Positions 35,521-47,731 of a DNA stretch of 64,000 nt are shown here, one piece after another. Source of the DNA: Oopsacas minuta (Eukaryota; Animalia; Porifera). Below the pieces are notes generated by a model. The model was not told where the DNA came from. It saw only the letters and a program-made list of their open reading frames with translations, and searched no databases. Each line of letters begins with the position of its first letter. The first letter of the stretch is position 1. The position numbers were made by a program, and so were the translations under genes. Where the stretch lies: assembly GCA_024704765.1 (NCBI GenBank), contig JAKMXF010000343.1, forward strand, positions 744,001 through 808,000, in the 5' to 3' direction.

Positions 35521-38500
35521 ATCTATAAATCAAGAATACAAATTATCATACAAATATGGTTGAATAATGCAAAAACAGTTACTACCATGCTATATACGAA
35601 TAAATGTAGCTGGCCTTTAACACCGAATAAATAATTCAACCATCTAGATCAACTTTTGTCTTGACAATCCTGGACGCATGCAAAAGTATGACATTTTGTA
35701 ATAATAACAACCATTAGTGACAGTATCTTGAGAAAATTTGAAAATTATGAATATTGTGAAATAAGTGCCAAAGGCACCATACTTAAAGTTATCCGGTTAA
35801 CCCAAGTGAAACGTAGCAAAATAAAACTCCGAAAAGTTCTGAAGCATTAGTAAGGCCAATATTTGCAAGAAAACTGTCCCCCTGATAAATTTTGCCTCTG
35901 CTATACTCCTCATGTTAGACAAAACAGGCGCCGGCCTGCCGTTGAGTACTCATATTTATATGTATACCTAACGTCTCTATTCCTGAAATGCTTGAAACAC
36001 TCGTAAACAGTCTTAAGATCAGCAATATCTCCCAGTGGAGAGCCCGAGGCAAATAGTTCCTGAGTTCATTGGCTTGTGTGACATTATAAATACAGCCAAT
36101 AGTTCTTTATTGTCCTAGACCGGGAGGATAAGAGCTACAGGGCATTAGATGTGCAGAAATAAATGCACATAGCTGGAGTCATATGTATGAAATCTCAAGT
36201 TCTCAAAGAGTTTCAAAACCAAAATATTATTCAGAAAATATGTACCGATTGTGGGTAAAGAAAAAGGTTTACAAAAGCTGATGCCTCGTAAAATCTCCAA
36301 AGCTACAACTTTATAGGTACCTATTTAGGCAAAATCGGGTCGAAGCCGATTTCATGAAAAATTTCTCTGGAAAAACGTAGCAATGACTTTGTCTCTGCGT
36401 TCTCTATTAAAGTTGTGAACCCCCACGTGACGAAGTGAGACTCTCGTATTTGACTACAATCTCACTCTCATTTTTACTTCCTCATGAAAAGCTTTTCGAC
36501 GAAAAATATTTATCTTCTCACTATAGATCTTTACTATTGCGCCATTATGGATACTCGCTAACTCATTTTCCATCAATCCATTCCAAATATTAGAAAAATT
36601 CAACTGATACTAAGTAGCTCTCGCAAATAGAATTTTACAAAAAGTTGACAACTATGCAAACTGAAGTGTCGGATCTGATAGAGTCAGAACCAATTACATT
36701 TTTTAAACAATAATCCGAGAATATATCTTCCATGGTTGGTAAAATCAGGTTGACATGCTAACTTTATATTTTTGGAGGAATATGAAAGCTAGCGAGTGAT
36801 TTTCCTGAGGATCAGATGGAAAAATAATAAATCCACGACACCTTTACTCATGGCCCAAAAAATCGATTCAACGCACAACCTACAGAATACTAATTACCTC
36901 CTGAAACAGTAGGCCAAACCACCCAAGAGGAGGCGGGTAAAAAAAGTAGTGAATAAATTGGTGGAAAATATCAGCACGCCTATTCTTTCCCAAAATGGAA
37001 TCTCTCGTAAAAATAACTATAGATTGATGATTAACATTTTGAGAAGAACAACAAACACAAGGGCTTGAGCCAGCTCCTATCTTACGAAAGGCTGTACCAC
37101 CAAAATTTCGAAATTTAGATTGTTTTCTAACCGATCTCTTCGTCTCTTTCAGAAAGAGTTGGTCGAGGACCCATTTAATGTTTTGGTAAGGTAAAACTCT
37201 GAAAAGTACCACTATTATTGGAAACAATATATTACAACGGGAAGTAATGAGTCTAATGAATCATCAATTTCAGAGACAGGCAATTTTACATCGATTAATA
37301 TCTCAGATTAATTCTATGAGAATATGATATGAAATTCGCTGTGCATCTGAGTAACTGGTAATGCTAGGGATGTATTGGGTCTATAAGTGACGTAAGTGTG
37401 AAATCAGGAAATTCTGAGCTACAGGTGGCGTTTATGCTGATTTCGAATTTACCATTTGCAAGCTCATATTACACAAACTTGAGTCAATAATGATTAATTA
37501 ATATCAACACTACAATGTGATTAAGGGTGTAAATAATCCACTCACATCTTGAGATTTACCTCCATATATAATGTTGTGTACAGTACGATTCTATAAAAGC
37601 TAGCAAAATGTGAGTTTAGAACTATGAACAGCGTAGCAGCGTTGTGGTTATGCAATCGGTGGCAATACCGTCGAGAAAAAGGCTGGGTAATAACTAAAGT
37701 ACCCCGGTTTGGCTCAATTCGAGCAAGAAATGTCTAGCATCGAGGCGTACGAAGTGTTTGCAAGCCGCACAGCGATAGCAAGCGAAGCGCACTAGCTAAC
37801 ATGAAAACATGATGTTATCGCTTGTTTAGTAAATAATACTTAGCGCTAAATTGATGCATTTATTGTATGGTGAATATCCCGGTAACTGGCCTAAGTATTT
37901 GTTCAAAATATTGAGAAAATTGAAACTAGAGTAGTGTTTCTTAACTACATCTGATTCATCTATTAAAGAATACTCGTTTGCATGGAGTAAACTATATTCT
38001 ATCTAGTAGGAAGTTGATTACCCAAAAATATCACAGGCAATCAACGTACTTCTTCCAGAATAGAAGATCGGCCCCATACAAAAGAGTTATGTTTCAGGAG
38101 TATTCAAAAGACGTAAGGAATATAGACGATTTAAATTTGTTTTATTATATTTTCATTGAATTTTCGCTTACTACGACCTATTCCAAAATATTAAATAGAC
38201 ATACAAATACATGGCACTCAACCCTCAAGATCATGTCGTGAGTCTCACGATTTCAGGTCTGCAAATATACTACATAATATCAGGTATTTTCATGGATACT
38301 ACCTTCACATCTCATGATAAAATTGTGAGATTAATGACGGAACTCATGATTTTAACGTTTCCTGGTAGAAAGCCCTGTTTGTGATGATTTCAAATTAGTG
38401 AAAATCGGATTCAGGAAATCAGAATATTAAATCGAGTATTTATGAAATCTATTTTTTCTTGCTAAACACGATAATTTCGTAGTTTTGTTAAACCTCAAAA

Positions 38501-38662
38501 TTTCGATATTAAATTCCAAGAGCATACAATAAATCCTTGTATTGACAACTGACAAACAGATATACAAAAAATGAAATGAAATTGTATAAATTAACGCAGG
38601 AGCAAATTGTAGTAAAGAGCAGGTCGTTGCTCGTACGACAAATGCAACAATATATGTGATAT

Positions 38663-38906
38663 ACTTGGGGTATTCAAAAAGTTCCCATCCTTAGTTTATA
38701 GCAGCAAACTCCACTCAATTACATGAAATGCATAGTATATCCTAATAGTCCTATCGATTACCTATTTAATGTTGTTGAGCAATTCACTCCAGCTAGTATA
38801 TATCTTGATCTATCCTACTTTCAATTTTACCTATTTTCGAGAGTCAACTTTTCATCACTTCAAAACACATGTCAAGCAAAACCGAACAACGAGCTTACAC
38901 AAAGAT
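38663..38906 (+). mobile_element. mariner 5' fragment; same family as 19963
   Basis: About 90% similar by eye to 19963-20206 (TIR, 5' UTR and SKTEQRAY), then truncated. Confidence 0.8.
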
Positions 38907-39507
38907 GATAATTGGGCAATGACAGCTGGCGAGATCCTCAAAGGAGGTGACCGACTGATAAAGCTTGGGGAAAACTGATTTTAAGGTCAATGTGCATAAC
39001 TAGGCACAGAGTGAATGCTCGAACAAGGAGTCAGTCGATAAGGTTAAGATAAATATGCGAATAGAATGTTACCACATTCTTGGGACATACATGTGTTAGT
39101 AGAGAAAAACTATTCCCTAGAAAAAGGTGATTCTCGGCAGATGAAAGGTAAGAATTTGCAAATTCAGACACCATCATCACCCACCAATATTCGCCCAGTT
39201 ACATGTGCAAGAAATAGCCAAAAAAGCTGAAAATATTGCAGGATATTAAGCGACTGTAAGGTGTGTATTGGGTTATTTGAGCCCGATAAAATTGTAGATT
39301 CTGGTCCTGCTAACATGCCCAAACAATAAATGCCAGAGCCAAGGTGTAAAAATGACAACCAACCAATCTGTCTGAAAATAAAGAGAAAAGCACTTAGAAT
39401 TCATGAGAATTTTCAAGGATATTGGTTGGTACTTAGCCTTACCAACTTTCACCTAGCCCGTTCTGTGCATCAACATATAAAATTCCAGATCTTGCAAAGA
39501 TTGATTA

Positions 39508-41667
39508 CACTGCTTAACAATTATTTTTTCATTTTGTGTTGTATGAGATTTTTTAACTGATTCTATATATTTTGGGATGTTGATTTCAAATCTGCAATCA
39601 ATTTCTTTCTGCATGCTCTAGTTTTCATGCAATCGACAACTTAAATTTTTCGTTTGTGGCACTTATTTAGTACATAATACTGATCTCCACCAAATATTTT
39701 TTATCCATCAAGCCATTTTTCTTTTTGTATGCATCATCTGGATCCATTGTGAACATTTGTTAGTCATAGCTGAATGATGAGCACGTGGCAAATGAGTATG
39801 TTGCAGGCCTGATTACTCAACAGGTTTTCAAAGTTAAGGCTATTTGTTTCTGCTTTGTCATCCTAGTATACTATCAGCTATACGACCTGTCCCGCACTCT
39901 GATAGACTTCCTCCTCCGGTCTTTAGTGGTTTTGCTTTTCCTGATGATGACGAAACTGAATTGGAAAGGGAAGAGATCGTAGAAATGGAATATCAAAAAA
40001 TAGACACAGGATCAGAATCTGAAGTTTCTTCTTGTGAAGCCAGAGTAACTGTCCACCAGCAGTTTAGTCAATCAGAACTGAATGACTTAGTACGTGATTT
40101 AGATCTGCCCAAACAAGCAGCTGAGCTCTTAGCCTCCACGTTCAAAGAAAAACGGGTGCTGGATCGATCTGTAAAGGTTTCCATTTTTGAAAAAGAGAAG
40201 AACTCCTTCTACCCTATTTTTCATTGGAAAATAAGCTGGTATATTGCAACGATATTCCTGGTCTTCTCGGACAACTGGGTATCTCCTCATATGATCCAGG
40301 AGAATGACGATTGTTTTTGGACAGTCCCAAGCGCAGCCTCAAGTGTGTTCTTTTACACAATGGAAATGTTTATGAAGCTGTTCCAGTTGGTCACTCCACT
40401 ATCTTGAAGAAACAGCATGATGATATTAGAATTGTCATGGATTTACTCGGATATCATGATCAGAACTGGATCATTTGTGTTGACCTCAAAATGGTTAGTT
40501 ATCTGCTAGGTCAGCAAAAAGGATACACAAAATTTCCATGTTATCTGAGCATGTGGGACAGCAGAGCACGTGAAAAACATTGGACACAGAAGGAGTGGCC
40601 CTTACGTGAAACATTTCAAGCTGGCATGCCTAACGTAACACACGACCCGATCGTAAGCAGAGACAAAATTGTTTTTCCGCCCCTGCACATCAAGCTAGGT
40701 CTCATGAAACAGTTCGTTAAAGCCCTAAATCCTGGCAATGAATCCTTTCATCATCTTGTGTATACTTTCCTTGCTTTGTCATATTTAAATCAAAGCAGGA
40801 GTGTTTGATGGACCATAGATACGTACACTTATTCGCGACAAAAACTTCATTCAGAAAATGAATGTCAAGGAGAAAGCTGCATGGCTATCTTTTGTGGATG
40901 TTATACAGAACTTTCTTGGTAACAGAAAGGGTCCAAATTATGAAATGCTTGTATCCAAGATGCTCTCAGGGCTTCGTGATTTAGGATGCAACATGAGCAT
41001 AAAAGTACATTTTATGTACAGCCACCTGGACAAATTCCCTGAAAACCTTGGGGCTGTCAGTGACGAACAGGGAGAGCGTTTCCACCAGGATCTCATGACA
41101 GTGGAAGAACCTACCAAGGTCGATGGGACCGACATATGATGGCAGACTATTGTTGGGGCATTAAACGTCACTGTACTCACAAAGCGTACAAACGCAGAAG
41201 TTATAAGAGGAAATTTTATCCAGAGTTGTAGAAGATTTGATTCTTTTGCATCTTGTCATTGATCGCTTTAAGTTACTATTGCAGATTGCCATCGTTCTTT
41301 TCTATGTTATTTTGTAAAAACAAATAATTTTTACATGCATATTCCAGCAAAACTGTTGTTGTTTTTACATTTTATTAAACATTTGTTGCCTATCTGTCTA
41401 CAAATACAATTTCTATTGGCAAAATAAAAGTTTTTTGGCACCTATTTTTGTTTTGAGGCTAGTTATTCAACTGTAAGCAGAACATCATTTGACAAATCAT
41501 GTCACTTTTCAAAAAATTTGAATTTTGTGCAAAAAAATTAAACATCTCGATTTGCAAAAAATCTAGAGCTTGCAGGAATAAAATAAGTTCGGATTTGGAT
41601 TCAGCGCCCCAAAATTAGGTAAAAACAAGTGTTGGTAGAAATGCAACAAAATTTTTGTTGAGCAGTG
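39508..41667 (+). mobile_element. Chapaev3-type (CMC) transposon 1, decayed, transposase N-terminus largely deleted
   Basis: Ends cactgc(t/t)(t/c)aacaa; 3-bp TSD TTA on both sides. Motifs AIRPVPHS, FSQSELNDLVRDL, LDSPKRSLKCVLLHNGN, CVDLKM, PPLHIKLGLMKQFVKAL, SDEQGERFHQD. Confidence 0.88.
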
Positions 41668-42183
41668 TTATCATACAATGTGAAAACACAATATGCATAT
41701 TAAGAAAAGGACCTCCCAGAAGTCCGTATTAAATTTCACTTTATCCGTCGGAAGCTCATCAATAAAATCACTTTTTAACACTGTTTAAGGGAGGTCCAGT
41801 TCCACATTCGGCTTTATGCGAAATATGTTGTGAGTTATTCTTTTTATTCATGTGCAGGGAAGAAATCCCAAGTATTTGGGTAATGTGGTCTCGTTTTTAG
41901 AATATTTTCTCGCCTCTTGAACAGATTTCGATCACTAGTGAAGAGAATTTAGTTTGGTTATCACAACTATTGACCGTTCAAACACATCTCAATGATTTCT
42001 TGATATTTATATATCAACTATGGATATATTTAGCTTTAGCATGTTGTCTTGTCAAATTTCATTAGGCAACACTGCCTAAAATCCTTACTTTCAGAAGATA
42101 TTCAGCAGTTTTACAAAACCCTGTAATCATATAGAATTAAAATACATCTACTAGTATAACAGCAATAAAATAATAAGCATTAC

Positions 42184-42236
42184 CTCAATTTCATCGTTTT
42201 CATCATCTGTCACAATAACTTCATCTGTTTCAGCAA
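42184..42236 (-). CDS. MFAP1: MFAP1 internal exon B (53 nt; (V)AETDEVIVTDDENDEIE)
   Basis: Acceptor ...gcttatag and donor gtaatg on the minus strand. The TDDENDE motif is shared with MFAP1. Ends in phase 0, directly before YEAWK. Confidence 0.88.
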
Positions 42237-45097
42237 CTATAAGCATGTCAATAAAGATATCTCAAAATGCGAATAAATCTGAATACATCCGCGTAGTAAC
42301 TTTGCGGTTTCAAGTTTAAACCAAAACCAATATTTGTACTGAACGCTAAAGTATACTACCCGTACCTTCAGCTTGTTGGAAGTATGATTAATACCAAAAC
42401 CTACAAATAACAAGGGTTTGGCTCACAAATTAACTATTGTAAGTACAAGTAAACTATCGCCTATGCAGTGTTTGTAGAAGCATAAACATCAATCTTGCTT
42501 CCAATCTGTACCCTATCCCCAGCGGATAGGTTGCAATGCCTTGAACATACAGATGAAATGAGTATAATCAATAAATACTTGCAAGCGATGTGCACTAGGG
42601 TCTAGTGCATATCGCTTACAAATAATGAATCAATTTACACGAATTCTCATAATGTATTATGTATGGTAATGTGTATTTCAATTCGCTTTGTAATCATTCA
42701 GATCGCGTGGATTCAATCCAAAAACAGATTGGAGGTATAGAGAGAGCTTTAAGCGCTCCTCACTTTTGGAGCGAGCTTTAGCTCCGCGGCCCAGCCTTGA
42801 AAAAGGAGCGCCGCTCTCACCTTGTCTCCTTACCTAGAGAAGGAGGGGACTCAGGCTCCCACTCCAGGAACAAATGGAGCGTGTTCCAATCGCGCTCCTC
42901 TCCATTCTTTCAGATTTACATTGGATTTGTATTTTAAGCAATCAGGATTGAATTTACCCATTGTACATTCGGGAAATCACTTAATGTGCAATGTTAAACA
43001 ATTTCAATAAATGGTGAACTATACAAAAGTGTCCCTGCATCGAATTTTTATTCCAAGAATACTGAATTTTTGCGCAGAATGACGATGAAATTTGTTAATT
43101 GTGTGTAACTTTATAGGTAGGCACTCCGGTGTGAGCGCTCCTATAATGCTCTCTGTATAGTCTTCGTATATTGGTAAGAATCAAATATTCATATATTCGG
43201 GGGAAAATAGACCATTTATATAATATCAAAAATACATTTCATTATGTGAACACAAGCAGCGTCGCCGTTCGCGAGTTTACAGTTCTCGGTTTCGACGATT
43301 CGCTGGTGATATTTTGTGGATTTTTTGTTATTCACGACTCATACACTTGATCTTTCGCGGTTTTCCACCAGACATAAACAATTTGATTTTTAACAATTTT
43401 CAATATGTTCTATCATCATCACATGTATTGAGTTTGTATTCTCACAACTTGCATTATACATATCATGTAACTAACTACAGCAATATATTGCAGTTTTGAT
43501 ATATGTTTAGACTAAAAACATATTTTCAAGAAAGCATTTATTCCATTCTTTGTCCACAGGCCCCAATATTAAAACTTTTGATTTTCAACTAAACGAGCCT
43601 TTGGCTCGTCGCTTTGTGATGAACCCTGCACTTGCGCCTCAAGGCATTCAACGGATAAACAAATAGACAAACAACAACTGAGATTTAATTATATTAATGT
43701 TGTATACAATAATCAGATTCTGAATCAGCATACTAGATTACCCCAGTATAGTCGTTGAAAGTATGATTCTACCTCAATTTTGAAATTCGTATACTTTAAG
43801 AGTAAACAAATATTCACAATATGTTGTTTACAATACCATATTTCGACTCAGTATTATCGATTTCCCCAGGATAGACGTTGAAAGCATGTTTCTACAACAA
43901 TTTTGAAATTTGTTTACTTTATATTCATAAAAACAACAATAAATTTACATATAACACAGTGTAACAACTTTTGTTTATTTGGTTATTTCCCTGTTCTTTG
44001 GAGAATTCTGACGTGAGGAATTCGAATTTGACTGTGCTTTTAATGTATCATTAATAATTTTAGTGAAAATGTCAAATTCTACTTTTTGATTTTCTCTTCA
44101 TATTACCCATTATACATTTGCGTGTCATTATATTCATTTCAAATATTGATTTACTTAGATAAATTGTTGTCTACAGATCGTATTTGTTGATGGTTGCCAG
44201 AAGAATTTGCAAGCTGTCATCAGTTCGTTTTGCTATGTGTGCGGATACTACATTGGACCAAGACAAGTCAAACATAATATAATACTCGGTACAAAATTGT
44301 GTATTGCGTATTATGCCTATTTTGGCATGCCAATGTGTGATCAAGACAAAATGTGGTCTCCTCACTTCTGCTGTGGATCATGTCGTTCCACATTAGAAGG
44401 ATGGCTACGTGGAACTCGAAGGTGTATGCCATTTGCAATACCTCGAATTTGGAGAGAACCAGTTAACCACCATGATGACTGCTACTTTTGTATAGTAGAT
44501 ATTACAAAATATAAAGGAAAAAGAAAGATAGAAAAAATATTGTTTATCCAAATATTCCATCATATTGCGCCAGTGTCGCACAATGAAGATCTGCCAATTC
44601 TAATTTCGCCTTTCTTAGAAGGACTGTTGAACTTGAGTACATATCTTCTAGTGAGGAAGATTCTATCATCCTCGACGAAGACTTATCATGGAAACCACAT
44701 TTCCTAATCAGCAAGAACTAAATGACTTGGTCAGAGAATTAGGCCTGACAATATCTAGTGCGGAGCTTTTGGGATCTCGTCTCAGAGAGTGGAATTTACT
44801 TGACCCTAGTTGTAAGATATCTTTCTACAGAAAACGGCATCATAATTTTGCATCTTTCTACAAAATTCCCTTTCCAATTCTTTGTGTTACTGTCTGATGT
44901 GGATGGCCTTTTTAACGAGATTGGTGTGGAATACAACCCTTCAGATGGCGTCTCTTCATTGGTAGCTCTACAAGAAGTCTAAAGGGTGCTTTTTTGCTTC
45001 ACAATGGTGATGAATTTCCAACCATTCCCCTAGCTCACTCAATTCATTTAAAGGAAAATTATGACAATGTGAAACATATGATGGAGATGATCAACTA

Positions 45098-47731
45098 CAC
45101 AGGCCTACACTTTTCAGTTGTATTGATTATGTCAACTGATATATACTAATTCTGTGTTGCTGACTCCGATTATTTAGTCAGTTTCTCCCTAATACGTCAA
45201 GTTATCTCAAAATCCTATCACTACATTTATAGAACAAAATTGGTTTCAACCCTTATATGTTAGATTGGTTCAATTAAATTTCTGAAAATATCAATATTTC
45301 ATTCACTAAGAATAATGATATAATTGTTACTAATATGAATGGAAGAAAGTGATACTATAAACATGTAATATGAGCACTATTCAATCTAAAAATATTCTCT
45401 TGTTGACTTTCTTGAATGTTGTTCGTTAGGACAATCTCTTTTTAGGCACCAACAGTAATCTGCCATCATATGTGTGTCCCATCTTCCTTGATATCGCTGT
45501 TCCATCACTTTTATGTCTTGATGGAATCGTTCACCTTGTTCTTCACTCATATCACCTAGATTATCCGGAAATCTATCAAGATAGTCTCTCAAATAATGAA
45601 TTTTAATACTCATATTACAGCCAAGAGCATGATAGCTGTCGACTAGCTCTGTGACTAGTTCTTTGTAGTTGGATGCCTTTTTATTGCCAAGGAAATTAGA
45701 AACGACATTAGAGAAAGCCTGCCACGCTCTCTTCTCTTCCTCGTTCATTGAATCTTTGAAACTGTTGTCCCTAAGTAACTTGCGAATCTGTGGACCTTCA
45801 AATATCCCTGCCTTTATCTTCTCTTCACTGATTTCTGGAAAATAATTTCGGATATACTTGAAACGATATCTGTCTTTATCCAGTGCTTTGATGAATTGCT
45901 TCATAAACCAAACTTAATGTGGAGAGGGGCTAGAATTATTTTATTTGTATGTCCAGAGGGTTATTAATTACATTTTTGTCCCCAACTTTCAAACATTCTC
46001 TCGGAGGCCACTTTTTCCTCATCCAATGCTGGTTCCTAACTCTACTGTCCCAATAACAAAGGAAAGAGGGGTAGTTAGTGAACCCAGATTGTTGTCCTAA
46101 TAGAAAGTTGACCATTTTGAGATCAACACAGATGACCCAATCATGTGCAGAGTAGTTAATAGTCTCTAATATCTCTTTCACATTATTGTACTCCTCTTTG
46201 AGTTTAACTGATTACCCTCTAGGAATTGAACCGAATATATTTCCATTATGGAGTAGTACACATTTCAGACTCCTTTTGGAGCTGTCAATAAACAGCCTCC
46301 AGTCACTTGGATTATAGTTCGAAACTCCCATTTCCAGTAGAAGACCCTCAACATTTGGACAAAACACCAAACCATTCTTTTCGCAGAAGTACTGTGAAAC
46401 TCTTGCTCCCTGTAACGATATAATGTTACCTTTGTTCCTTGATGGAGTAGATTCTTTTCTTTCAATCTAGATGCAAGCAACTCAGAAGATTCTTTCGAGA
46501 GGTCAAAGTCACGAATTAAATCATTCAATTCCGCTTGGTTAAAGAGAGAAGGCTCCGAGGAAGGACCTCGAAAATCAACATCATATTCATAGTCATGATC
46601 ATTGACTTCTTCCGAATTGGCACCATCTTCATCATCATAGAGTCCGAGAAACTCTGTGAATATTGGTACAGGTAGATCACTACAATGAGGGACTGGTCGA
46701 ATAACAGACTCTAAATTTGGGTAATTCAGCAGGTGTCTGTCACTCTTTTTGCAGCTCATAACATTTACCATGGAGAAATAACAATCATCGAAATGATTTT
46801 TTGATTCTCTCCAAATCATAGGAATTCCGAAAGGGAGGTGTTTCTCTTTACCCTTACTCCAAGACCTCAATAATTCTACACAAGATTTACAGACCTTATG
46901 AGGTGCCCAACTTTTGTCCTAGTCGCCCAACTTAAATTTGAAATACGCATGTTAAGCTCTATTCACTAATTCAGTAATATTCTGCATCTGAGGTTTCGGA
47001 GTATAGAAAGCACAAATATAACAAAAGATGTCTGGAGAATTGAAACACATTCTTTTCGACATATCAACAGAAAAGAATAACAGACTAGTCAAAAACCAAT
47101 AAGCAAATAAGACTATTTGAATATACAGTCGACTTCGGTTAATCGGACCACTTTTGTCCAGAGTAAAGTGGTCCGATTAACCGAAAAATCTTATTATCAA
47201 TAATTTATTGCTAGATAGATATTTCTAGTCAATGGTGATCCTATTGCCAATTGAAAAAAGAAGTAATTGATTGTTGCTTAAGTGATTTAGGTGAATTTAG
47301 TCAGCACAATCATCAAATCAGTTCTTTGGGCCATAAAATAATAATATAATCTAAATTATATACAAAACTAATCAAATTTTTGATGAATATATTGACTTCA
47401 AAAATATAATGTCCGATTAACCGATGTTTTGGTCGGATTAACCGAAAAATGTTAAATATTAATCCTGGATTAGATTCCGTCCAGGAGAAAATGGTCCGAT
47501 TAACCGAAGTCGACTGTATATACTAGGTACATAATGTTATTGTTGTAATATGCAGTCATGATGAATTTTTGGCAAAATCGAAGTTTTTCTGAAAATGTAG
47601 CTATATGGTTGTAAAAAAACCTGACGTGATAAGAAACCAGAATAGATATTCAGAATCAGCGCACCTAAATTGCTCTAAAACAGTGATCAAAATATAAACA
47701 ATTGCAATATAACATTTTTTGTAGGCCTGTG
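45098..47731 (-). mobile_element. Chapaev3-type transposon 3 (transposase about 45386-47062)
   Basis: Perfect 12-bp TIR cacaggcctaca; TSD CTA on both sides. Motifs FCYICA, WAPHKVCKSC, FIDSSKRSLKCVLLHNGN, CVDLKM, KIKAGIFEGPQIR, SEEQGERFHQDIKVMEQRYQGRW. Confidence 0.92.
47126..47516. mobile_element. pogo/Tigger-type MITE (391 bp) inside Chapaev3 transposon 3
   Basis: Perfect 25-bp TIR cagtcgacttcggttaatcggacca; TA duplication. Confidence 0.92.

Noticed and set aside
42376-42410. Candidate 35-nt minus-strand exon (FGINHTSNKLK) with AG/GT borders
   Set aside because: Its phase is incompatible with exon B and it has no MFAP1 similarity; exon A joins exon B in frame without it.
42740-43155. GGAGCG-rich element with agagagc ends
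   Set aside because: Probably a MITE, but the TIR match is only 7 bp and the boundaries are uncertain.
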